Assembly: GCF_963921235.1 (NCBI RefSeq)
Contig: NC_086108.1
Span: 3,410,001 to 3,474,000, forward strand
Direction of reading: 5' to 3'
Length of the DNA stretch: 64,000 bases
From: Mobula hypostoma
Taxonomy: Eukaryota
Numbering within the stretch: position 1 is the stretch's first letter; each line of letters starts with the position of its first letter. Under the pieces are notes generated by a model. It had not been told where the DNA came from. It ran no database searches and saw only the letters and a program-made list of their open reading frames with translations. A program made the translations under genes and the position numbers. Positions 52,301 to 63,094 of this stretch are shown piece after piece.

Positions 52301-54266
52301 AATCTAGTCAGGTGGAAGAAGGCAGCATACATGAGGTTTAGGAAGCAAGGATCAAATGGGTCTATTAAGGAATATAGGGAAGCAAGAAAGGAGCTTAAGA
52401 AGGGGCTGAGGAGAGCAAGAAGGGGGCATGAGAAGGCCTTGGCGAGTAGGGTAACGGAAAACCCTAAGGCATTCTTCAATTATGTGAAGAACAAAAGGAT
52501 GACAGGAGTGAAGATAGGACCGATTAGGGATAAAGGTGGAAAGATGTGCCTGGAGGCAGTTGAAGTGAACGAGGTCCTCAATGAATACTTCTCTTCAGTA
52601 TTCACCAATAAGAGGGAACTTGATGACAGTGAGGACAATATGAGTGAGGTTGATGTTCTGGAGCATGTTGATATTAAGGGAGAGGAGGTGTTGGAGTTGT
52701 TAAAATGCATTAGGACGGTTAAGTCCCCGGGATCTGACGGAATATTCCCCAGGCTGCTCCACGAGGCAAGGGAAGAGATTGCTGAGCCTCTGGCTGGGAT
52801 CTTTATGTCCTCGTTGTCCATGGGAATGGTACCGGAAGACTGGAGGGAGGCGAATGTTGTCCCCTTATTCAAAAAAAGGTAGTAGGAATAGTCCGGGTAA
52901 TTATAGACCAGTGAGCCTTACGTCTGTGCTGGGAAAGCTGTTGGAAAAGATTCTTAGAGATAGGATCTATGAGCAATTAGAGAATCATGGTCTGATCAGA
53001 GACAGTCAGCATGGCTTTGTGAAGGGCAGATCATGTCTAACAAGCCTGATAAAGTTCTTTGAGGAGGTGACCAGACATATAGATGAGGGTAGTGCAGTGG
53101 ATGTGATCCACATGAATTTTAGTAAGGCATTTGACAAGGTTCCACATGGTAGGCTTATTCAGAAAGTCAGAAGGCATGGGATCCAGGGATGTTTGGCCAG
53201 ATGGATTCAGAATTGGCTTGCCTGCAGAAGGCAGAGGGTCATGGTGGAGGGAGTACATTTGGATTGGAGGGTTGTGACTAGTGGTGTCCCACAAGGATTG
53301 GTTCTAGGACCTCTACTTTTTGTGATTTTTATTAACGACCTGGATGTGGGGGTGGAAGGGCGGGTTGGCAAGTTTGCAGACGACACAAAAGTTGGTGGTG
53401 TTGTGGATAGTGTGGAGGATTGTCGCAGATTGCAGAGAGACATTGATAAGATGCAGAAGTGGGCTGAGAAGTGGCGGATGGAGTTCAACCCGGAGTAGTG
53501 TGAGGTGGTACGCTTTGGAAGGACAAACTCTAAGGCAGAGTACAAAGTAAATGACAGGGTACTTGGAAGTGTGGAGGAGCAGAGGGATCTGGGGGTACAT
53601 GTCCACAGATCCCTGAAAGTTGACTCACAGGTAGATGGGGTAGTTAAGAAAGCTTATGGAGTGTTAACTTTCATAAGTCGAGGGATAGAGTTTAAGAGTC
53701 ATGGGGTACTGATGCAGCTCTATAAAACTCTGGTTATGCCACAATTGGAGTACTGTGTCCAGTTCTGGTTGCCTCACTATAGGAAGGATGTGGAAGCATT
53801 GGAAAGGGTACAGAGGAGATTTACCAGGATGCTGCCTGGTTTAGAGAGTATGTTTTATGATCAGAGATTAAGGGAGCTAGGGCTTTACTCTCTGGAGAGA
53901 TGGAGGATGAGAGGAGACATGATAGAGGTGTACAAGATAATAAGAGGAATAGATAGAGTGGACAGCCAGTGCCTCTTTCCCAGGGCGCCACTGCTCAATA
54001 CAAGAGGACATGGGTTTAAGGTAAGGAGTGGAAAGTTCAAGGGGGATATTAGAGGAAGGTTTTTCACTCAGAGAGTGGTTCGTGCGTGGAATGCACTGCC
54101 TGAGTCAGTGGTGGAGGCAGATACACTAGTGAAATTTAAGAGACTACTAGACAGGTATATGGAGGAATTTAAGGTGGGGGGTTATATGGGAGGCAGGGTT
54201 TAAGGGTCAGCACAACATTGTGGGCCAAAGGGCCTGTATTGTGCTGTACTGTTTTATGTTCTATGT
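46322..54266 (+). mobile_element. Near full-length CR1 LINE (5'UTR, ORF1 zinc finger/esterase, ORF2 APE-RT), decayed and split by a nested CR1
   Basis: ORF1 CSVC...CKRC + leucine zipper + VIGDSIVRG, resuming at 51053 (DGLHLN). ORF2 VAITETW, GDFN, NYRPVSLTS, KFADD; (TTCTATG)-like tail. Confidence 0.92.
47372..51045 (-). mobile_element. Nested CR1 LINE (ORF1 C-terminus + complete but frameshifted ORF2)
   Basis: NARSI...ITETWL, SDHN, KAFDKVPH, KFADD. Flanked by GAAATAG direct repeat (47365-47371, 51046-51052). Confidence 0.92.
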
Positions 54267-54644
54267 TAATTCCCTATCTTTCTCCTAATTTCCTTTGATT
54301 GTGCCACGGTTCCAACTGTTAATTTCCCATTTGCTTCTAATTCTCTTTGATGACAGCACACCTGGTTTCCATCAAGGCCTGCAGCATATGAACCCCGGTG
54401 TTTCAACCACTGGTCGCCAGATCGTTGGTTTTGCCTGTGTGGTGATTAACATTTCCTGGCCGCTAAGTTTTGCTGCAGTTTCCAGGTTTACCTATGAAAC
54501 TCTGTCTCTCTGTGCCAAGGCTCCGAGTCCAGATCTCTCCTGTTTGCTGTTTGCTGTTCAATGTTCACGTCTGTGTAAGCATCCTAACTCAATCTCCGTG
54601 CCTGTGCCCTGCACTTGGGTTTGCTTCATTCGCTTATTGCAACA
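54267..54644 (+). mobile_element. Probable remainder of the chromovirus 3' LTR
   Basis: Ends ctgcacttgggt...GCAACA, like the solo LTR end at 27520-27575. Follows the CR1 that starts just after the PPT+TG. Confidence 0.55.
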
Positions 54645-57179
54645 GGTGGTGAATCTCTGGAACTCTCAACTCCAGGGGGCTGCAAAGGCTAGATCATTGG
54701 AGGTATTTAAAGAAGTGGTTAGATTTTTGAAACATCAAGGAACTGGGGGCTTATGGGGAACCAGCACAGAGAAAGATGTGAGCCCTGAGGCAGACTGACA
54801 ATGATCATATTGATTGGAGGGGCAACTCAAGGTGCTGAGATGCCTAACACTGCTTCTAGTTTCCTCATGTTCTTAACATCTTATGTACTAACATCAAGAA
54901 GGAGCCTTAGGTCCAGAGCTGGAATCCCTAAGGCACTCCTACATTGAGTTCAATGCTGACTGACAAATCCTGCAATGCTCCTGATACCAAACTGTATTGA
55001 TAGCTGCCATTCTTTTGGGTTCAACAGATGTGTGGAGAAGGGGAGATTGCTATATGAGCAACAGCTTGCTCTCCATATCCTACTGCCCAGGCTTTCTTAT
55101 CTAGACAGCTAGGATGCAATGTGCGTGGTCATCCCTGAATGATGTAGGCCCTCACCTCACCATCTCTGTAAAAAGCATATATAAATGGTCTGTTTGAGCA
55201 ATAAGATTGAAGCTATTCTCCAATAATAATATGCGGAGGTAGTTTCCCTTGCAAATAAAATAATACAATGCGTCTATAATTTGATCCACTCTGAATTAGT
55301 TGTGGTTTGTTTCTGTATATTCGAAGACCTGGCTGGATGGGTCACGACAGTTGCTTGTTGGTGTTTGTGTGTAGATTTGCATTGAGTCTATTGTATTACT
55401 TTCTTCTACGGTGGCATGAAAATGAGTCACAGGGTGGTTTATGGTGACTCATGAGTACTTTGAACATTGAACTTCACCTCTCCACTTGTCCTGAAAAAGG
55501 ACCTCTGACTGTTTATTCATCTCCATAGATGCTGCCTGACCTGCTGAGTCTCCCCAGCATTTCACCTCTCCACGTATTCTGTAGCCATTCTGCACTGTTG
55601 AAGACTCTATGAATGAATTGATTTATGTATTGAGATACAGCCCCATGTAGCCCCTTTCAGCCCCTCGAGCCACGCCACCCAGCAACAGCCCAATCACAGG
55701 ACTGTTTACAATGACCAATTAACTACTGAACAGTCCATCTTTAGACTGTGAGAGGAAACCCACATGGTCACGTGGAGACTATCGAAACGCTGGAGATGCC
55801 ACCTTGCGTGTGAGTTTGTTGGACAGCACCCACCTGCTTAGATAGAAGAGATTCCACTGCAACAGATGACTAAATTCAAGGAGCAACGTTCATGCACAGA
55901 GCATGAATGTACAAACAAGAGCATTGAGCCTGCTCTTTATTATTAAACGTGTTGAGGAGACATAATTTGTGTACTTTACTTGTATGCTAAATGTTTAAAT
56001 TCCTCAGTGCACACAAGCAAGAAGTTAAAAGAAAAAAAAACTTTAATTTATTTGGTACAATTTGAGCAATTTTTCCCTCATTCCTCATTCAGACAACATC
56101 TATGAGAGTCAGTGAGATGTTCATCTGTGTGTACAGTATTGTACTGCTTCAGCACTGTCCCTCCAACAATGCAGTCCTTCCTCAATACTGTCCCTCTAAC
56201 TCTGCAGCAGTTCTTAATTGTTGTAACTGTGAACAAGTCACTGGATGAGATACTGAAGCTAGTGGATATAGAAGTGTTTTATTCCGCAAAAACCAGGAAC
56301 AGGCATGATATTGAGCACTCTTGGAAGAAGAGGCCAATCTGACCCAATATTATATGACATGTTATATGCTAAAGATCAAAGTTAACAACAGCAGGTCAAT
56401 TCTATAGTTACAAAGTATCTACAATACTTCCTTTGAATTACATATAGTTTTCCACACACCTCCTTCTTCACACCCACAGTCCAGACACCCAAAACGGATG
56501 TTAACACCCTCTGACTCACAGCTGCATTCATGCATATGCAGGCATCTCAGGTCCAAGTGAAATGATTCTTTGTTTGTGATTGAGCCCAGCCTGCAGCTCC
56601 AGGAAGCCCATTATTCTGAGCTGTTTTAAATTCAATCTGCAATCCACATTCAAATCTGAAGAATGGCTGCTTTTGAACTTAATATTTGCTACATACCCTA
56701 ACTCCAGTATGTGTTCTAACACTTAGTACTGTCCCTCTGGTGGTGCAGAGCTCCCCCAGTTCTGCTCTTCTGAAAGTGCAGCACCCCGGTTGCAAAGTGC
56801 CCCCCATACAACTGATTTTATTGCCCCTTTCAGCATAGTAGAGTTTCCAATCCAGAAATATCTTATCTCTGCAATGAACTACCACCTCCTGGCCATTCTC
56901 AGGGGACCATTTGCAGTTCTTGCTGGTAGATGAATCAAAAGTCTCTTCACAGGTATCAATTATGGCAGGCGTCAGGACAATGCAGACTCTTGGACAGTTG
57001 TCTGTCAGGCCTTGTCTGAGAAACACTACCTTTGCAGGGTCTGCAAGATCTTCAACATAGATTTTCCTGCAACATCTTTTCTGTTGCATAGGTGCTTTGG
57101 GTCCAGGTTAATGGACATAAGGGGGCAGTGATCACACAGTCTTTGACACTTGTTGTATATATAGGCATCTATTCATCTC

Positions 57180-58030
57180 CTTGTATGATGGACAGTGTGT
57201 TGACTGGCTGCATCATGGCCTGGTATGGAAACACTAATGGCTTTGAACAGAAAATCCTACAAAAGTAGTGGATTGGGCCCTGTGCATCACAGGTAAAGTC
57301 CTCCCAACCATTGACTACATCTACATGAAACACAGTCATAGGAAAGCAGCGTCCATCATCAGAGATCCCCACCATACAGGTCATGCTCTCTCCTTGCTGC
57401 TGCCATCAGGTAGAAGGTAAAAGAGCCTCTGGACTCACATCACTGGGTTCAAGTACCCCTCAGGCATCAGGCTCTTGAACAAAGAAGATAACTACACTCA
57501 CTTGCCCATCCATTGAGATGTTCCCACAACCAATGATCTCACTTTAAGGACTCTTCATCTTACATTTTCGGTATTGATTTATATTGGCATTTGCACGGTT
57601 TGTTATCTTCTGCATTCTGGTTGACCTTTCATTGATCCTGTTTACAGTCACTATTCTATAGATTTGCTGAGTATGCCCGCAGGAAAATAAATCTCGCAAA
57701 TTTCTACAGATGTACCGTGAAGAGCATTCTAACTGGCTGCATCACCACCTGGTATTCGGGGTGGGGGGGGAGAGTTGCACAGGATCAAAGTAAGCTGCCA
57801 AGAGTTGTGATAAACACAGCTCCATCACGGGCACTAGCCTCGGTAATATCCAGGTCATCTTCAAGGAACAATGCCTCAAAAAGATGGTGTCCATTATTAA
57901 GGACCCCCATCACTCAGGACATGCGCGATTTTCACTACTACCATCAGGGAGGAGGTACAGGAACAACTTCTTCCCCCTCTGCCATCTGATTTCTGAATGG
58001 ACATTGAACCCATGAATGCCACCTCACTAT
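57180..58030 (+). mobile_element. Two adjacent Rex1/Babar-type 3' fragments
   Basis: SILTGCITTWY and related motifs; same 3'UTRs as other copies. Confidence 0.75.
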
Positions 58031-58033
58031 ATT

Positions 58034-58719
58034 CAAGCAACACACATCAAAGTTGCTGGTGAACGCAGCAGGCCAGGCAGCATCTCTAGGAAGAGGTACA
58101 GTCGACGTTTCGGGCCGAGACCCTTCGTCAGGACTAACTGAAGGAAGAGCTAGTAAGAGATTTGAAAATGGGAGGGGGAGGGGGAGATCCAAAATGATAG
58201 GAGAAGACAGGAGGGGGAGGGATGGAGCCAAGAGCTGGACAGGTGATTGGCAAAGGGGATATGAGCGGATCATGGGACACGAGGCCCAGGGAGAAGGAAA
58301 AGGCGGGGGGGAACCCAGAGGATGGGCAAGGGGTATAGTCAGAGGGACAGAGGGAGAAAAAGGAGAGAAAGAAAAAGAATGTGTGTGTATAAATAAATAA
58401 AGGATGGGGTACGAGGGGGAGGTGGGAGAAGTTAGAGAAGTCAATGTTCATGCCATCAGGTTGGAGACTACCCAGACGGAATATAAGGTGTTGTTCCTCC
58501 AACCTGAGTGTGGCTTCATCTTTACAGTAGAGGAGGCCCTGGATAGACATATCAGAATGGGAATGGGATGTGGAATTAAATGTGTGGCCACTGGGAGATC
58601 CTGCTTTCTCTGGCGGACAGAGTGTAGATGTTCAGCAAAACGATCTCCCAGTCTGCGTCGGGTCTCGCCAATGTATAGAAGGCCACATCGGGAGCACCGG
58701 ACGTGTTTGCGTTTTTAAA
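58034..58719 (-). mobile_element. Penelope-like 3' fragment (GIY-YIG C-terminus + terminal repeat) with 13-bp TSD
   Basis: Reverse complement of ~38740-39410. TSD acctcactatatt at 58021-58033 and 58720-58732. Confidence 0.9.
58100..58135 (-). ncRNA. Minimal hammerhead ribozyme motif (intact core)
   Basis: Minus strand reads AGTC-CTGACGA-AGGGTCTCGGCCC-GAAA-CGTC-GACT. Confidence 0.72.
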
Positions 58720-59019
58720 ACCTCACTATATTATTTCCTTTCTTGCACTACTTATTTAATTCAACTATTATATATATATATATATACTCACTGCCTCTGT
58801 TGCATCGTACAACTGCCGCAACGTAAGCCGTTGATATTAAACCTGATTCTGGTGAATTGTATGTCTTTTGATAATGAAATATACTTTAAACTTTAGATAA
58901 TGTGGACAGCCCTGTCGTCTCTCATTATGGCATTGCATATAGTCTATCAGGTGTTAGCAACTGGACAGAGTGGACTGCATTGGCGTGTTTTCTGCCCTTC
59001 TTTCCCAATGTACACAGTT

Positions 59020-59830
59020 GCTTGATAGCACCCCAGCGAACGACACCAGATCCTGTCATATCTGAAGTCCGCGGTTGCAATTCTTAACTAGGACTGTACC
59101 AGTCACGAATGGAGGGGTGAACAGATGCAATAACATACGCTATAAAAATCAGTCTGATAATTAAAAAACAATTAACTGCGTTCGATTGTACTTAAAAGCA
59201 TTCAAGTTAATTTCGGGAGATTGTATTGTCTGGAGGTAGAAATATGGTTTTCAGGGAGATGGGAACGCCCAACTGCGCCTTTTTCTTTCTCTCCCTCCCC
59301 CTTCCCATCGGGCCGCTCGCCGTTATTTATGATGTTGAAACGTTCAGTTTCTAGGTTAGTTTGGTGCTGGTTGCAGAGTTACCCAGAACAGCCCGCAATT
59401 CGCAGAGGGCGGTCGCAGCGCTACTCTGCCGCAAACATGGTTCTCCAGATTGAAGTATCGTACTGGTAAGATCTTAATGGCGCAGTGTAATACTCTTCCC
59501 CCACTCCTCAACTCATCACTAAGTCCAGGAGTTCTTCATCCCAGCACCGCAGACCCCCAAATCCCAATTCTATCCGCTTTTTTTCCTGCGTTTCTTACGC
59601 TTTATAGATTTAGAACGCCTCTTTTTATTTCTTGTAAACTCCTGGTCAGTTTGCTGCCGAGTTCCTTCGGCTGGACGCATTCTATTTTAGTGGGGGTGTA
59701 GTTCACTGGTTGTGGTTGAGTGAACCTTGGAAAGCTTTGGATAGCTCGGAATCCAATGAACTGCGTTGTTTACGCGAAGAGTGCGTTTGTATTTGAGTTA
59801 ACATTTGTGATACAGTGCTGTTACACAACG
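59020..59830 (+). promoter_or_regulatory. CpG-enriched unique region: probable promoter/5' end of the SELENOW-like gene
   Basis: Visibly more CG dinucleotides than neighbouring unique sequence, surrounding the ATG exon. TATAAAA at 59141-59147 (function unproven). Confidence 0.5.
59437..59465 (+). CDS. SELENOW: Selenoprotein W-family (Rdx) gene, first coding exon (MVLQIEVSY + TG of Cys codon)
   Basis: ATG in good Kozak context (gcaaacATGG), 29 coding nt, then GTAAG donor at 59466. Lies in unique CpG-rich sequence. The peptide resembles the SelW N-terminal strand (human MALAVRVVYC). Confidence 0.8.
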
Positions 59831-60460
59831 CGCAACACACACAAAATGCTGGAGGAATTCAGTATCTATGGACAAGAGTACAGTCGACGTTTCGGGCCGA
59901 GATCCTTCATCAGGACTAGAGGGGGAAAAAAAAAGATGTGTGTTAGAAGGTGGGGGGAGGAAGGAAGAAACACAAGGCGATAGATGGAACCGGGGGGGGG
60001 GGTGAAGTCAAGAGCCGGGAAGTTGGTGAAAGAGATACAGGGCTGAAGAACGGGAATCTGATAGGAGAGGGTAGAAGACTATGGAAAAAGAGAAGGGGAG
60101 GTGTACCAGAGGGAGGTGAGAAGATACGGTGAGAGAGGGAAAAGAGGAATGGTGAAGGTGTGGGGGGGGGCATACCGGAAGTTCGAGAAATCGATGTTCA
60201 TGCCGTCAGGTTGGAGGCTACCCAGACGGAAAGTAGGTTGGGAGACCGCTTCGCTGAACATCTACACTCCGTCCAGTGGCCACCCATTTTAATTCCACTT
60301 CCTATTCCCATTCTGACATGCCTGTCCATGGCCACCTTTACTGTCACAATGAGGCCACACCTTGGAGGAGCAACACGTTTTCCTTCTGGTTGGGTTGCTT
60401 CCGACCTGATGGCACGATCATCGATTTCTGGACCTTCCGGTGATGCCCCTCCCCCTTAGT
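59830..60460 (-). mobile_element. Penelope-like 3' fragment with internal inversion, in SELENOW intron
   Basis: Minus-strand terminal repeat to ~60230, then plus-strand GDRFAEHL... piece. Confidence 0.75.
59882..59917 (-). ncRNA. Minimal hammerhead ribozyme motif
   Basis: Minus strand reads AGTC-CTGATGA-AGGATCTCGGCCC-GAAA-CGTC-GACT. Confidence 0.62.
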
Positions 60461-60505
60461 TAAATTACTGTTGCTGGAGTTCGTCAGAAGTCAACATAAA
60501 ATGCA

Positions 60506-60681
60506 AAGCAACACACACACAGAAGGCTGGAGGAACTCAGCAGCTCAAAGCGGTCTCAGCCCGAAACGTCAACTGTTTATTCTCCTTCATAGATGCTGCC
60601 TGACCGGCTGAGTTCCTCTAGCATTGTGTGTGTGTTGCTCAGGATTTCCAGCACCTGCAGAATCTCTTGTGTTTGTTGTAC
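60506..60681 (+). mobile_element. Penelope-like terminal mini-insertion with inverted arm
   Basis: 12-bp TSD acataaaatgca (60494-60505, 60682-60693). Confidence 0.75.
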
Positions 60682-61149
60682 ACATAAAATGCAGCCAGGC
60701 TGGATACTTTGTGACAACGCCATATTTCAATTGACGCGGGTCCTTTCTCCCCCCGTTACTACCTTTCTCAAGCAAAGGCAGTGACTTCAGAATTGATTTA
60801 AGGAGGACAATCTTTCAATAGTTCAAGGCGTTTCTTTGGGAACTGTCTTCTCTTTCTCGGGGAGGTCAATTCTGTTTTGTTGTGTTGAGAGAAGGTTTAA
60901 GTAATTATGAACTAATTCGAGTTTCCCAGTGCGGCAGTACAGTATGCCATCAACAAGCGTTACCGAGTTGATCGTAACCTTCACAGCACAACAACAATAA
61001 CGAAAATAAAGACTCTACATATACAGTAGTTTTAGAGAACTATATTGAATCGGAACGTATTCTGTGGCCTTCAGTTTCTGCATCATTGCTTGCACGTTTA
61101 TATTGGGATTTGAAACTTTAAAGAGTTTGCTCATAATATGGGGGCACCA

Positions 61150-61375
61150 TGGGCGTGTAGCGGTTAAAGCGACGCTATTACAGCTCGGGGGGGCGTCGGA
61201 GTTCAATTCCTTCCTGTACGTCCTTCCTGAATCCGCTGGTTTCCTCCCACATTCTAAAGGTAGGTTAATTGGTCACTGTAAATTGTCCAGTGATTAGACT
61301 AGGGTTAAATGGATGAGTTGCTGGGCGGCGCTGCCCATTGATCTGGAAAAATCTGTTCCCAGCTGTATTTCTAAA
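61150..61375 (+). mobile_element. tRNA-derived SINE (V-SINE/HE1-like)
   Basis: A/B-box-like gtagcggtta...gagttcaattcc; ggtttcctcccacatt; ggttaattggtcactgtaaattg. Confidence 0.6.
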
Positions 61376-61464
61376 AATAAACTTTGCTTTCACTTTGATG
61401 CGTTTATTTCTAACATGGCATGACCGAGTGAAGTGTTGAATGATCAGTCTCCTATCTATAGCGA

Positions 61465-61695
61465 TACAGTTTGGAATAGGCTCCTCCAGCCCTTTGAGCA
61501 ATCCCTCGATTTAATCCTAGCCTAATCACGGGACAATTTACAGTGACCAATTAACCTACTGACCGGTACATCTTGGACTGTGGGAGCAGACCCACAGGGT
61601 CACCAGGAGAACGTACAAACTCCCTGCAGACAGCTGCAGGAATTGAACTCGGGTAGCCTTTACTATAAAGCGCTGTGCTAACCACTACGTTGCCA
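61465..61695 (-). mobile_element. tRNA-derived SINE of the same family, opposite orientation
   Basis: 61509-61560 is the reverse complement of 61259-61310. Other fragments at ~30545-30690 and ~55640-55770. Confidence 0.6.
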
Positions 61696-61815
61696 TCCTG
61701 CCCTCTGAAGCAACAGTGCTAGGGAACAGAAGATAATTTGGTGGTGTGATTCTGTAGTGAAGTATCAAGTACTAATTTATTAAATGTACTAATCCCCTTT
61801 TTCTTTTACCTTTAG

Positions 61816-61840
61816 TTCTTCCTGAGGTTACCGGAGCCGG
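61816..61840 (+). CDS. SELENOW: Selenoprotein W-family gene, 25-nt second coding exon with in-frame TGA (Sec): C-S-S-U-G-Y-R-S-R
   Basis: Branch-point-like TACTAAT (61787-61793), polypyrimidine tract, TTTAG acceptor, exon T TCT TCC TGA GGT TAC CGG AGC CGG, GTAAGC donor. Phase is compatible with the previous exon and gives CxxU-GY (human CGAUGYKSK). Confidence 0.82.
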
Positions 61841-61924
61841 GTAAGCAAAAATGGTTGCATTAATATTGTTCTTTTCACTCCAGAGTCTAAACCAGGCAGA
61901 TATTTAGACGTATATACTATCTGG

Positions 61925-62320
61925 AGAGGCTAGATAAACTGGGGTTGTTTTCTCTGGAGCGTCAAAGGCTGAGGAAAGATCTGATGGGGGTTTATAAGAG
62001 GTGTAGGTAGACTAGACAAAGTATCCGTTTCCCAGGGTTGAACTGACAAATACCAGAGGGCATGCATTGAAGGTGAGAGGGTACAGTTTTTTACTCAGAG
62101 AATGGTGGATGCCTGGAATGTGCTGCCCGGTATGGTGGTAGAGGCAAATACATTAGCGGTTTTTAAGAGACGGGCACATGGATGTGAGGAAGGTGGAGGG
62201 ATATGGACATGGTGTAGGGAGGAGGGAATAGTATTTAGGTATTTTTGATCTGCTTTTTAGCTGGTTCAGCACAATATTGTGGGCCAAATGGCCTGTTCCT
62301 CTACTGTACTCTTCTATGTT
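61925..62320 (+). mobile_element. Degenerate CR1 3' fragment
   Basis: tttttactcagagaatggtggatgcctggaatg and CR1-type 3'UTR. Confidence 0.7.
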
Positions 62321-63094
62321 ATATTTGTTATAGGTCCTTTGGAAGTCAAAGAATGAGGCAATACAACTTACTGCTTACAGCCATTTCATTAAATATTACA
62401 AGAGCGGAAAGCAAATGGGAGGAGCTCAGAGAACAAAGAAAAAGGAAAAAGCAGTCTTGTACCAGACCAATGATAACAAAATTCCAGTGATAAGAATTAA
62501 CCAATAAAATGGCCAGGTCGAAGCAGTGCAACACCTGCTACTAGAATTTAAGAAGTTTCTAGAAGTAACTGTACTGTAATTGCTGGAAAATTCACTGAGC
62601 AATTGCATATAGGTGACTGTCAGAATTGGGTTTAATACCACCAGCATATGTCGTGAAATTTGTTGTAATTGTGGCAGCAGTGCAATGCAATACATAATAG
62701 CAGTGAGGAGAAAAACTGAATGAAAGTAAGTTTATTAAATAGTTAAATAAGTAGTGTAAAAAAAAGAAATCAAATAGTGAGGTAGTGCTTATAAAATATA
62801 TGCATAGCAAAGTTAAATTACAAGAAAAATAATAATTTTAAACCCCAGTCCGACAATGAAATGTTTTGCTAGTGTTCATCATTGTGGTACATTTAGAAAT
62901 GTGACAATCAATTTGTAGCGTGCTTCTACAGAAGCTATGGCCCAAAGATACCAGCAAGAGCTCTTTGCTGTTATTGCTACAGGGACTTGGCCTAGGGTCC
63001 CTTGAGAAGAAGCAGCAGAGAGTCTCATCCAAAGGACAGCATCTCTGAGCAAACAATACTGGCATGCTGGCCTGGATTTTTGTCATTTAATAAC

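Noticed and set aside
14186..54266. Long-range inverted repeat (14186-15306 versus 53140-54266)
   Set aside because: Independent insertions of the same CR1 subfamily, not the ends of one large element.
56679..57089. 136-aa Cys-rich minus-strand ORF upstream of the selenoprotein promoter
   Set aside because: No recognisable domain or convincing splice sites, and its 3' part overlaps repeat-like sequence. A blastx search would settle it.
59221..59469. 82-aa ORF ending ...MVLQIEVSYW*
   Set aside because: Unspliced read-through into the intron donor. The real frame starts at 59437 and splices at 59465.
62517..62564. Candidate third SelW exon (VEAVQHLLLEFKKFLE before gtaact)
   Set aside because: No polypyrimidine tract, weak donor and poor match to the expected SelW helix. 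The true exon is probably outside the window.
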